From Nocardioidaceae bacterium (GTDB lineage Bacteria; Actinomycetota; Actinomycetes; Propionibacteriales; Nocardioidaceae), in NCBI GenBank assembly GCA_029266455.1, contig JAQSWV010000004.1, forward strand, positions 23,330-87,329: 64,000 nt of DNA, given 5' to 3'. Below the pieces are notes generated by a model. The model was not told the origin of the DNA. It did no database searches and worked only from the letters and a program-made list of their open reading frames with translations. The first letter of the stretch is position 1, and each line of letters starts with the position of its first letter. A program made the position numbers and the translations under genes. Below are positions 40,203 through 49,486 of this stretch, one piece after another.

Positions 40203-41459
40203 ATGGCTGCCATCACAATGAACAACATCGTCAAGAAGTACGGTGACGGATTCGCCGCGGTCAACGACGTGAGCCTGGACATCGCCGACGGTGAGCTGAT
40301 GATCCTGGTCGGACCCTCCGGCTGCGGGAAGTCCACGCTCCTGCGCATGATCGTCGGGCTCGAGGACATCACCTCGGGCGACATGCTGATCGGCGGCAAC
40401 CGCGTCAACGACAAGGCGCCCCGCGACCGCAACCTGTCCATGGTGTTCCAGAACTACGCCCTGTACCCCCACCTGTCGGTGTACGAGAACATTGCGTTCC
40501 CGCTGCGGCTGGCCAAGACGCCGGACGACGAGATCAAGCGGAAGGTCGAGGCGGCGGCGGATCTGCTGGAGCTGAAGGAGCACCTCGACCGCAAGCCCGC
40601 GAACCTGTCCGGCGGCCAGCGGCAGCGGGTGGCGATGGGCCGGGCGATCGTCCGCGAGGCCGACGCCTTCCTCTTCGACGAGCCGCTGTCGAACCTCGAC
40701 GCCAAGCTCCGCGGACAGATGCGCACCGAGATCTCGCGGCTGCAGCGGTCGCTCGGCATCACCACCGTCTACGTGACCCACGACCAGACCGAGGCCATGA
40801 CGCTGGGCGACCGGGTGGCCGTGCTGCGCAAGGGCCTGCTGCAGCAGGTGGCGTCTCCGCGCGAGCTGTACGAGCAGCCGCTCAACCTCTTCGTCGCCGG
40901 CTTCATCGGATCGCCGCCGATGAACTTCCTGCCGGCCAAGGTCGAGGGGTCCGCACTGCAGACGCCGTTCGGGAAGTTCCAGCTCGACGAGCGCATGGCC
41001 TCCAAGGTGTCCGGCAAGGAGCTCGTGCTCATGGGTGTGCGGCCTGAGTACTTCGAGGACGCCTCGCTCGTCGACGAGGCAAAGCGCGACAAGGGGTCCA
41101 CCTTCACCGCGCACGTCGACGTCACTGAATGGCTGGGGGACGCGCAGTACGCCTACATTCCGTTCGAGGCGTCCGAGGCGGTGACCGAGCAGCTGCGCGA
41201 CCTCTCGCGCGAGCTCGACAGCGACCAGCTGCGGACCCAGGCCATCGTGTCCATCGACTCGACCAGCCGTATCCGCTCGGGCCGTGACGCCGAGTTCTGG
41301 GTCGACACCCGCAAGATCCACGTCTTCGACCCCGAGTCGGGCGACAACCTGACCCGCGACGAAGAGGCCGGGGCCGAGCTCACCCGGCAGGTGACCGAGG
41401 ACCGCGAAGAGGACCAGAAGCGGGCGGCTGAGGACGAGAAAAGTGACGCGCTGCGGTAG
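40203..41459 (+). CDS. ABC transporter ATP-binding protein, MalK/UgpC/SugC type, with an acidic C-terminal tail
   Basis: Has Walker A GPSGCGKST, signature LSGGQRQR, Walker B FLFDEPLS, and a C-terminal regulatory (TOBE-like) domain. Confidence 0.9.
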   Translation: MAAITMNNIVKKYGDGFAAVNDVSLDIADGELMILVGPSGCGKSTLLRMIVGLEDITSGDMLIGGNRVNDKAPRDRNLSMVFQNYALYPHLSVYENIAFPLRLAKTPDDEIKRKVEAAADLLELKEHLDRKPANLSGGQRQRVAMGRAIVREADAFLFDEPLSNLDAKLRGQMRTEISRLQRSLGITTVYVTHDQTEAMTLGDRVAVLRKGLLQQVASPRELYEQPLNLFVAGFIGSPPMNFLPAKVEGSALQTPFGKFQLDERMASKVSGKELVLMGVRPEYFEDASLVDEAKRDKGSTFTAHVDVTEWLGDAQYAYIPFEASEAVTEQLRDLSRELDSDQLRTQAIVSIDSTSRIRSGRDAEFWVDTRKIHVFDPESGDNLTRDEEAGAELTRQVTEDREEDQKRAAEDEKSDALR

Positions 41460-41500
41460 CCCCGCTTGACGCGACGCACGCCACGCGGTGTGCTGCTGTC

Positions 41501-41547
41501 TCCCACTTCACGACGGATCGTCCGGCACGTGCCTGCCGGTGAAGGGA
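41501..41547 (+). promoter_or_regulatory. imperfect hairpin in the leader of the second ATPase gene that pairs the purine-rich SD region (candidate msiK RNA motif)
   Basis: CTTCAC (41506-11) pairs with GTGAAG (41539-44). An inner stem CGGCA/TGCCG lies at 41523-27/41534-38. GAAGGGA sits just before the ATG at 41558. Confidence 0.3.
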
Positions 41548-41557
41548 TGGACCTCCC

Positions 41558-42655
41558 ATGGCCACGGTCACCTATGCGCAGGCGTCGCGGATCTACCCCG
41601 GCGCAGAGCACCCAGCGGTCGACAAGCTCGACCTCGAGATCCACGACGGCGAGTTCATGGTCCTCGTCGGGCCGTCAGGCTGCGGCAAGTCCACGTCGCT
41701 GCGGATGCTGGCCGGCCTCGAGGAGGTCTCGGACGGCACCATCCACATCGGCGACCGCGACGTCACGCACATGCCGCCGAAGGACCGCGACATCGCCATG
41801 GTCTTCCAGAACTACGCGCTCTACCCCCACATGACGGTGGCCGACAACATGGGTTTCGCGCTCAAGATGGCCGGCATCGACAAGGAGGACCGGGCCAAGC
41901 GGGTCCGGGAGGCGGCGAAGCTGCTCGACCTCGAGGACTTCCTCGACCGCAAGCCCAAGGCGCTGTCGGGTGGGCAGCGCCAGCGGGTCGCGATGGGCCG
42001 GGCGATCGTCCGCGAGCCGCAGGTGTTCTTGATGGACGAGCCACTGTCCAACCTGGACGCCAAGCTCCGGGTGTCGACCCGGGCCCAGATCGCCGCCCTG
42101 CAGCGCCGGCTGGGCGTCACCACGGTCTACGTCACCCACGACCAGATCGAGGCCATGACCATGGGTGACCGGGTGGCGGTGCTCAAGGACGGCCTGCTGC
42201 AGCAGGTCGACAGCCCGCTGAACCTGTACGACACCCCGAAGAACGCCTTCGTGGCCGGCTTCATCGGCTCCCCGGCCATGAACCTGTTCGAGGTGCCGGT
42301 CGAGGGCGACGTCGTCAAGCTCGACAACCTCGACGTGCCGGTCAGCCGCGACGTCAAGCAGCGCATCGGCGGCGCCAGGACCGTGACCCTGGGCGTGCGA
42401 CCCGAGTCCCTCAAGGTGGGCAGCGAGAACGACCAGGGCGTGCCGGCCACGGTCGACGTGGTGGAGGAGCTCGGAGCGGACGCCTACGTCTACGCGCACC
42501 GGCAGGGCGAGGAGGCCACCGAGGGGAGCACCCTGTTCGTCGCCCGGCACGACGCGCGGATGTCGGCCAAGCCGGGATCGACCGTGCGCTTCGCCGTTGA
42601 CCCCGACAAGATCCACCTGTTCTCGGTGGAGACGGGCGAGCGGCTCAGCGACTGA
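41558..42655 (+). CDS. ABC transporter ATP-binding protein, MsiK/MalK type
   Basis: Has the Walker A, signature and Walker B motifs. By eye it is roughly 60% identical to the preceding ATPase over the N-terminal 240 aa. Confidence 0.9.
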   Translation: MATVTYAQASRIYPGAEHPAVDKLDLEIHDGEFMVLVGPSGCGKSTSLRMLAGLEEVSDGTIHIGDRDVTHMPPKDRDIAMVFQNYALYPHMTVADNMGFALKMAGIDKEDRAKRVREAAKLLDLEDFLDRKPKALSGGQRQRVAMGRAIVREPQVFLMDEPLSNLDAKLRVSTRAQIAALQRRLGVTTVYVTHDQIEAMTMGDRVAVLKDGLLQQVDSPLNLYDTPKNAFVAGFIGSPAMNLFEVPVEGDVVKLDNLDVPVSRDVKQRIGGARTVTLGVRPESLKVGSENDQGVPATVDVVEELGADAYVYAHRQGEEATEGSTLFVARHDARMSAKPGSTVRFAVDPDKIHLFSVETGERLSD

Positions 42656-42793
42656 GCCCGCTGCCGGGTCGTCGGGACACACAGGGTGCGCCGCTGGTGT
42701 GATGTCAAGCACACAAGGCGAAACGAATAGGTTGCGATTTGATAACGGGGGACGGGCCTGCCAGTCTGCTCGGGTTCTGCTTGCCGTCAACCC
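42656..42793 (+). promoter_or_regulatory. AT-richer 138-nt leader upstream of the transglycosylase-like gene (candidate cis-regulatory RNA, possibly ydaO-like)
   Basis: This is the locally lowest-GC stretch (aaacgaataggttgcgatttgataacggggga). It contains ACGGGGGAC and CCGTCAACCCGTGGAG, which only loosely resemble ydaO core blocks. Confidence 0.25.
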
Positions 42794-43573
42794 GTGGAGT
42801 GTCAGCCTGTGTCCGACGAGCCCAGCGAGCCCGCCGGCCGCACCTCATCCCCCGCTCCTGCGCCGACCCGGTCCGTCCGTACCTGGCTGTCCACTCTCGC
42901 CAACCCACCGGGTTGGCTGCGACACGGCCGTCGCCCCGCGGTCGCTGCGGTCGTCGTCGCCGGTCTGACGCTGGGGGGCGTTGCGGCGGGGAACGCCGCC
43001 GCCGAGGACTCCGGCGCTGATGGCGTGGCAGCCTCGGCAAGCGACTTTGTCGCTGCTCCGGGGGACTCCCGCGACCGCGCCGGTGTCACGGGCGCGCCGG
43101 CCGCCTCCGAGGAGGTCTCGCGGGGCGGGGCTCGTCCGGCCCTGACCGGAGCGGCCACCACCGACGGCACGCGGAACGCGGCGTCCCGCGGTGGCGGCAA
43201 CCGTGCCTCCGTGCCGCCGGACCGTCAGGGAGCCGAGGCAGGCGTGTCGGGTTCGGCCACCGTGCAGGCACCCGCCGACCCGCGCGACATCGCGCGGGTG
43301 ATGCTCGCCCGACACGGGTGGTCGGGCTCGCAGTTCAGCTGTCTCGACGCACTGTGGATCGGCGAGAGCAACTGGGACCCGCTCGCCGAGAACCCGACCT
43401 CGGGCGCGTACGGCATCCCGCAGTCGCTGCCCGCCGACAAGATGGCGGCGGCCGGACCGGACTGGCGGACCAACCCGGTGACCCAGATCAAATGGGGCCT
43501 GTCCTACATCGCGGCGGTCTACGGCTCACCCTGCGCGGCCAACTCGTTCAAGATGGCCAACAACTGGTACTGA
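42794..43573 (+). CDS. secreted protein with a C-terminal lytic-transglycosylase-like (Apf C-terminal-like) domain
   Basis: Has a TM/signal segment, a low-complexity linker, and then WSGSQFSCLDALWIGESNWDPLAENPTSGAYGIPQSLP...WRTNPVTQIKWGLSYI. Confidence 0.7.
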   Translation: MECQPVSDEPSEPAGRTSSPAPAPTRSVRTWLSTLANPPGWLRHGRRPAVAAVVVAGLTLGGVAAGNAAAEDSGADGVAASASDFVAAPGDSRDRAGVTGAPAASEEVSRGGARPALTGAATTDGTRNAASRGGGNRASVPPDRQGAEAGVSGSATVQAPADPRDIARVMLARHGWSGSQFSCLDALWIGESNWDPLAENPTSGAYGIPQSLPADKMAAAGPDWRTNPVTQIKWGLSYIAAVYGSPCAANSFKMANNWY

Positions 43574-43630
43574 CCCGCGGGTCGGCTGACGTACAGTCGG
43601 AGGTTCAGGTCATCGATCGGGACTGACGTC

Positions 43631-46600
43631 GTGTCGTGGGTCGACGCTCCTGCCCCCGATCAACTCCTCGGGGAAGGGGCTACGCTCGTGGGCACGGTGT
43701 CGCGAGCTGCACGGTCGGCGAGGGGAGTGCTCGCGGTCGCTACCGCCGCGCTCGCCCTTCCCGCCCTCGCGCTGCCATCGTCGCCCACTGAGGCGGCCCC
43801 TGCGGCCGACGGGGACTACAGCGGCGGCTCCTACATCGTCGTGCTTGCGCACCCGCCCGCCGCGTCGTACCGAGGCGGGTTTCGGACCCTCGCCCGCACC
43901 GCGCCGCGGGCTCCTGCGGCGTACGACGCGTCGTCGGTGGCGGTGGATGAGTACACCCGGTTCCTGCGCCGTGAGCAGAATCAGGTGGCCGACGCGGTCG
44001 GTGCTGACCCGATCTACCACTACACCACCAGCCTCAACGGTTTCGCCGCTCCGCTGACCGCCGCCCAGGCCGGCTCACTGTCCCGCCGGGACGGTGTCGT
44101 CGCAGTGGTCCCCGACCGGGTGCGCCAGCTGCAGGACCGGCCGAGCGCGGCCCGGTTGCCGGTGTCGCCCGACGTCGCCACCACACCGGGCCCACGTCGC
44201 CACGCTCGGGCCGGTGCTGGTGCCGGTGTGGTGATCGGCGTGGTCGACACCGGGATCGACTCCGACAGCCCGGCATTCGCCCGGCGTACAGTCGCGACGC
44301 CCACCACGTACACGGGCGCCTGCTCGGCCGGCGGGGACCCCGACCCCGCGGCAGCCTTCCGCTGCGGGGGCAAGCTGCTCGGCGGGCGCTACTACGCGCG
44401 GGGCCAGGGTGGCGGCGCGGCGTTGTGGAGCGGCGAGTACCGGTCGCCCGAGGACCAGCAAGGGCACGGAACCCGGGTGGCATCGGCTGCTGCCGGTGCT
44501 GCGACGGTCAGGTCGAGCGAGTCCGGCGCCGAGCTCGCCCGGCTGACCGGAGCATCCCCTGGCGCCCTGCTGGCGTCCTACAAGGTCTGCTGGGCAGCCG
44601 AGGACGGCGGCGCCTCGTGCCTGACCTCGGACACCCTCGCCGGGATCGACCAGGCGGTGGCCGACGGTGTGGACGTGCTGAGCCACGGCGTGGCCGGTGC
44701 GGCGACCGACATCGCGGACCCCGTCGAGCGCGCCTTCCTGCATGCTGCCGACGCCGGGGTCTTCGTCGCGACCGCCGCCGGTAACGGCGGGCCCCGGCCC
44801 GCGTCGACCGTTCACCCGGGTCCCTGGCTCACCACTGCGGGGGCCATCGGCCAGGACCCCCCGGCGGCCACGCTGGTGCTGGGCAACGGCGAGAGACACG
44901 AGGGCACATCGGTGGCACCGGCGGATGTCGCCGCACCGGTGCTGCTCGGAGCGGACGCAGCCGCCGACGGCGCCGGCAGGTCGGAGGCACGACTGTGCCT
45001 GCCCGGCTCACTGGACCCTGACGCCGTCTCCGGCGCGATCGTGGTCTGCGATCGTGGCACCAGTGACCGCGTGGAGAAGAGCGTGGCGGTCGGGGCCGCC
45101 GGTGGTGTGGGGATGGTGCTGGTCAACCAGGCCGCCGGCAGCCTCGAGCCGGACCTGCACGCGGTGCCCTCCGTGCACCTGCCCGCGGCCGCCTACGACA
45201 GCCTGTACGCGTACGCAGGCAGCGCGGACGCCGCGACGGCGGTCATCCGTGCCGACGCCGCGGGTGGCGGGGGACCACCCCCGCGGCTCGCCCGGTTCTC
45301 CGGTCGCGGGCCGACGCGCGCGATCGACGGCGACCTGCTCAAGCCTGACCTGGTCGCTCCCGGCGTGCAGGTGCTCACCGCCCTGCCCGGTCATGAAGGC
45401 GACGGCGGTCCACGCAGCCGGGCCCGTTACGGCCTGTCGACGGGGACGTCGGTCGCCGCGGCACAGGTGGCCGGCCACGCCGCACGGGTCATCCAGGCCC
45501 ATCCCGACTGGTCGCCGATGGCGGTGAAGTCAGCCCTGATGACCACCGCTCAACCCGGCGCCGGGTCCGCCGGCCCGTTCGGCGAGGGAGCGGGCGCGAT
45601 CCGTGCCCGCCGCGCCGTGGACCCGGGCCTGGTGGTGGACAGCGGGTGGCGCGACTGGGCCGCCTTAGTGCCCGGCGACGCTGCTGGGGGCACATCGACG
45701 GCTCGGCCGTTGCCGGCGAGGGATCTCAATGTCCCCTCGGTGGTGATCGGCGATCTGACCGGACGCCGGACGGTGGACCGGACGGTGACGAACGTCGGTG
45801 CGGACACCGCGACCTACTCGGCAGACACCGTCGACATCGACGGAATCAGCATCACCGCGTTGCCGTCGGTCTTCACGCTCCGTCCCGGCGAGCGCCAGAC
45901 GATCAGCCTCCGCATCGAGCGGGACAACGCCGCCCTGGGCAGGTACGAGACGGGTGCCCTCGTGCTGAACGACGGGCCCGCCGGGCACCGGGTCAGACTG
46001 CCGGTGGCGCTGCGGCCCGTCGGCATCGAGGCGCCGGCGCAGGTGCGGCTGGACGACCGGCTCCGGTCGCTGACGACGACGTCCGGCATCCGTGGCACCT
46101 TGCGGGCGCGTGTGCACGGGCCAGTGCAGGGCGAGGACACCGACGCCAGTGGGTCGGACACCGGAGGTGTCGACTTCGACGCGGGCATGCCCGGGCTGTG
46201 GTGGCAGACGATCGACGTCGGTGGACCACGCGAGTGGTGGCGGATCCAGGCGCTGGCCGACGACCCGGGCGACGACCTCGATGTGTTCCTGGTCGACGAG
46301 GGCGGCAAGGTGGTCGCGTCGTCGGCCACGCCGAAGCCCTCCGAGACGGTGACCGTGCGCGGTCTCGGGGCCGGCACCTACCGGCTCGCGGTCCAGCCCT
46401 GGTTCGTGGCCGACCCGTCCGGCGACACGACGTTCACGGTCCGTACGTTCGACGTCGCGCCACCGGCGACGGGCGCGCTGAGCGTCGAGCCGCGGCGCCA
46501 GGGGGCATCGCCCGCGCGGCGCAACACCTGGTCGCTCGGCCGGGCATCGCAGTCCGGGACACCGTGGTTCGGCTGGATCGGCTGGCACGCAGGCGACGAC

Positions 46601-46633
46601 CAGGTGGGTCGGACCCTGGTGTCGTGGGACTGA
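43631..46633 (+). CDS. secreted subtilisin-like serine protease (S8 family) with I9 propeptide, PA-type insert and a long C-terminal beta-rich region
   Basis: The catalytic triad blocks are VVDTGID, HGTRVASAAAG and GTSVAAAQVAGHAA. An I9-like propeptide (YIVVL...FAAPLT) is present. It contains a TTA codon at 45665. An alternative start is the GTG at 43688. Confidence 0.9.
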   Translation: MSWVDAPAPDQLLGEGATLVGTVSRAARSARGVLAVATAALALPALALPSSPTEAAPAADGDYSGGSYIVVLAHPPAASYRGGFRTLARTAPRAPAAYDASSVAVDEYTRFLRREQNQVADAVGADPIYHYTTSLNGFAAPLTAAQAGSLSRRDGVVAVVPDRVRQLQDRPSAARLPVSPDVATTPGPRRHARAGAGAGVVIGVVDTGIDSDSPAFARRTVATPTTYTGACSAGGDPDPAAAFRCGGKLLGGRYYARGQGGGAALWSGEYRSPEDQQGHGTRVASAAAGAATVRSSESGAELARLTGASPGALLASYKVCWAAEDGGASCLTSDTLAGIDQAVADGVDVLSHGVAGAATDIADPVERAFLHAADAGVFVATAAGNGGPRPASTVHPGPWLTTAGAIGQDPPAATLVLGNGERHEGTSVAPADVAAPVLLGADAAADGAGRSEARLCLPGSLDPDAVSGAIVVCDRGTSDRVEKSVAVGAAGGVGMVLVNQAAGSLEPDLHAVPSVHLPAAAYDSLYAYAGSADAATAVIRADAAGGGGPPPRLARFSGRGPTRAIDGDLLKPDLVAPGVQVLTALPGHEGDGGPRSRARYGLSTGTSVAAAQVAGHAARVIQAHPDWSPMAVKSALMTTAQPGAGSAGPFGEGAGAIRARRAVDPGLVVDSGWRDWAALVPGDAAGGTSTARPLPARDLNVPSVVIGDLTGRRTVDRTVTNVGADTATYSADTVDIDGISITALPSVFTLRPGERQTISLRIERDNAALGRYETGALVLNDGPAGHRVRLPVALRPVGIEAPAQVRLDDRLRSLTTTSGIRGTLRARVHGPVQGEDTDASGSDTGGVDFDAGMPGLWWQTIDVGGPREWWRIQALADDPGDDLDVFLVDEGGKVVASSATPKPSETVTVRGLGAGTYRLAVQPWFVADPSGDTTFTVRTFDVAPPATGALSVEPRRQGASPARRNTWSLGRASQSGTPWFGWIGWHAGDDQVGRTLVSWD

Positions 46634-48060
46634 TCTCGCAGGAGCCGGTGACGGCCGACCCGGCGACCTCAACGCGCGGCGCGCGGCCAACGCTCCTGGC
46701 GGTGGTTGTCGCGGCCGTGTTCGGCGCCTTGTACGCCACCTTGTCGGTGGCACGCTACGACCGTCTGGACGCGCGCTCCTGGGACCTCGCGATCTTCGCG
46801 CAGGCGGCCCGCAGCTACGCCGAGCGGGGCTACCCGGTCGTCGACATCAAGGGTCCCGGCTTCAACCTCCTCGGCGACCACTTCAGCCCGGCCGTGGCGC
46901 TGTTCGGGCCACTGTGGGCGCTGGCGCCGTCGCCGGTGACGCTGCTGGTGGCGCAGGCGGTGCTGCTCGCCGTGTCCGTCGGCGTCGTACTGGTGGCGGC
47001 GGTCCGACACCTGGGTACCGCAGGCGGCACGGCGGTGGGTCTGGCCTACGGGCTGTCGTTCGGCCTCGCCGAGGCAGCCGACTTCGACGTGCACGAGGTG
47101 GCTTTCGCCGTCCCGCTGCTGGCACTTGCGGGCAGCGCCTACGTGCGCCGCGACTGGCGAGGCGTCTGCCTGTGGGCCCTTCCCCTGCTGCTGGTCAAGG
47201 AGGACCAGGGACTCACCGTCGCAGCGATCGGCGTGGTGCTGCTGCTGAGCGGTGCACGGCGGTGGGGCCTCGGCCTGCTGGTGGTGGGCATGGCGACGAC
47301 CGCCGTCGTCCTGCTGCTGGTCATCCCGGCGCTCAACCCCGAGGGGGGCTACGACTACTGGGACCGGCTGGCAGGCGGCGATGGCGGCGGGCTCGGCCAG
47401 GCCGTGCTGGCGCTGCCCCGCGAGGCGATGCTCCCGCCGGTGAAGGTCGAGACGCTGCTGATCACCTTCGGCATCACCGGCTTCCTGGCGCTCCGCTCTC
47501 CGTGGGTGCTGGTCGCGCTGCCCACGCTGGGGTGGCGCTTCCTCAGCGACGAGCCGTACTACTGGGGCACCGAGTGGCACTACTCGGTGACGCTGATGCC
47601 GATCGTGTTCCTGGCCATGGTCGACGGCGTCATCCGCTCGCGCGGGTCGACGCCCACCTGGCTGGCGCGGTACACGCACTACGTCCCGAGCATCGTCCTG
47701 GCCGTGGCGCTCGCCCTGAGCCTGCACTCTCCGCTGCGCGACCTGACCCGGTCGTCGACGTACGCCGACAGCAGTCGCGAGCAGTCGGCGTCCCGCGTGC
47801 TGACTGCCATCCCCGACGGCGACACGGTGGCGGCGGACATCGCCCTGATGGCACCGCTGGTGGCCGACCACACCGTCTACTTCATCGGCACCGACGTGGG
47901 GCCGCAGGCCGTGGTCCCGGAGTGGGTGGTCGTCGGAGCCGAGCCCGGCTGGCAGCCGGGCGAGCTGGCCGACTGGGCCGGCCAGCAGTGGCCCGGCAGC
48001 TCATGGCGCGACGTCGACGTCGGACCCGACTACCTGCTCGCACGGCGTACCCAGCCCTGA
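46624..48060 (+). CDS. DUF2079 family integral membrane protein
   Basis: Contains ARYDRLDARSWDLAIFAQA...GDHFSP and many TM helices. The proposed GTG at 46624 overlaps the protease 3' end by 10 nt. The start is uncertain. Confidence 0.78.
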   Translation: MGLISQEPVTADPATSTRGARPTLLAVVVAAVFGALYATLSVARYDRLDARSWDLAIFAQAARSYAERGYPVVDIKGPGFNLLGDHFSPAVALFGPLWALAPSPVTLLVAQAVLLAVSVGVVLVAAVRHLGTAGGTAVGLAYGLSFGLAEAADFDVHEVAFAVPLLALAGSAYVRRDWRGVCLWALPLLLVKEDQGLTVAAIGVVLLLSGARRWGLGLLVVGMATTAVVLLLVIPALNPEGGYDYWDRLAGGDGGGLGQAVLALPREAMLPPVKVETLLITFGITGFLALRSPWVLVALPTLGWRFLSDEPYYWGTEWHYSVTLMPIVFLAMVDGVIRSRGSTPTWLARYTHYVPSIVLAVALALSLHSPLRDLTRSSTYADSSREQSASRVLTAIPDGDTVAADIALMAPLVADHTVYFIGTDVGPQAVVPEWVVVGAEPGWQPGELADWAGQQWPGSSWRDVDVGPDYLLARRTQP

Positions 48061-48082
48061 TCCTCCAGCGCGAGCGGGGCCC

Positions 48083-49477
48083 TCAGGGAGCCGTCATCGA
48101 CAGGACGTCGAGCGCATCGTCGAGCTGTTGCTCGGTGAGGTCACCGCGCTCGACGTAGCCGTTCTCCAGGACCACCTCGCGAATGGTCCTGCGCTCCTTC
48201 ACCGCCTGCTTGGCGACCTTGGCGGCGTTCTCGTAGCCGATGTAGCGGTTGAGAGGTGTGACCACCGAGGGTGACGACTCCGCGTACTCCCGGCAGCGGT
48301 CGACGTCGGCGGTGATGCCGCTGACACAGCGGTCGGCCAGGATCCTCGACGCGTTGCCGAGCAGCCGGATCGACTCCAGCAGGTTGCGCGCCATGACCGG
48401 GAGCATGACGTTCAGCTCGAAGGCGCCCGACGCGCCGGCCACCGTGATCGTCTGGTCGTTGCCGACGACCTGCGCACAGACCATCAGCGTGGCCTCCGGC
48501 AGCACCGGGTTGACCTTGCCGGGCATGATGCTCGAGCCCGGCTGCAGGTCGGGCAGCGCGATCTCGGCCAGGCCGGTACGCGGCCCCGAGCCCATCCAGC
48601 GCAGGTCGTTGCAGATCTTCGTCAGTCCCACCGCGATCGTGCGCAGCTGACCCGAGAACTCCACCAGCCCGTCGCGGGCTCCGTGCGCCTCGAAGTGGTC
48701 GGGTGCCTCCGTGATCGGCAGACCGGTCCGCTTCGCCAGCAGCTCGATCACCCGCTGCGGAAAGCCCACCGGGGTGTTGATGCCCGTACCCACGGCGGTG
48801 CCGCCGAGGGGTACCTCCGCCAGCCTCGGCAGCGACGCCTCGATGCGCTCGATCCCGCGGCGCAGCTGCGCGGCGTAGCCGCCGAACTCCTGCCCGAGCG
48901 TGACCGGCGTGGCATCCATCAGGTGCGTCCGCCCGGACTTGACCACCTGCGACAGCTCGGCCGCCTTCGCCTCGAACGCCGCGGCCAGGTGGTCCAGAGC
49001 GGGGACCAGGTCCCCGATCGCGGCCTCGGTCGCTGCCACGTGGATCGACGTCGGGAACACGTCGTTGCTCGACTGGCTGGCGTTGACGTGGTCATTGGGG
49101 TGCACATCGCGCCCGAGCGCCCGGGTGGCGAGTGTGGCGACCACCTCGTTGACGTTCATGTTGGACGATGTTCCCGAGCCGGTCTGGAACACATCGACAG
49201 GGAACTGGTCGTCGTGCGCCCCGGAGGCGACCGCGTCGGCCGCCTCAGCGATGGCGTCGGCCATGTCCTTGTCGAGAACGCCCAGCTCGGCGTTGACCGT
49301 GGCGCAGGCGCCCTTGATCTGGCCGAGCGCCCGGATGTGCGCCGACTCCAGCGGCGTGCCCGAGATCGGGAAGTTCTCCACTGCTCGCTGGGTCTGTGCC
49401 CGCCACAACGCGTCGCGAGGCACCCGGACCTCGCCCATGGTGTCGTACTCGATGCGGTGCTCGCCCTCGTCGCTCAT
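48083..49477 (-). CDS. fumC: class II fumarate hydratase
   Basis: Contains the [11 protein letters not shown] signature and is 464 aa. Confidence 0.96.
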   Translation of the reverse strand: MSDEGEHRIEYDTMGEVRVPRDALWRAQTQRAVENFPISGTPLESAHIRALGQIKGACATVNAELGVLDKDMADAIAEAADAVASGAHDDQFPVDVFQTGSGTSSNMNVNEVVATLATRALGRDVHPNDHVNASQSSNDVFPTSIHVAATEAAIGDLVPALDHLAAAFEAKAAELSQVVKSGRTHLMDATPVTLGQEFGGYAAQLRRGIERIEASLPRLAEVPLGGTAVGTGINTPVGFPQRVIELLAKRTGLPITEAPDHFEAHGARDGLVEFSGQLRTIAVGLTKICNDLRWMGSGPRTGLAEIALPDLQPGSSIMPGKVNPVLPEATLMVCAQVVGNDQTITVAGASGAFELNVMLPVMARNLLESIRLLGNASRILADRCVSGITADVDRCREYAESSPSVVTPLNRYIGYENAAKVAKQAVKERRTIREVVLENGYVERGDLTEQQLDDALDVLSMTAP

Positions 49478-49486
49478 GCTGCGACG

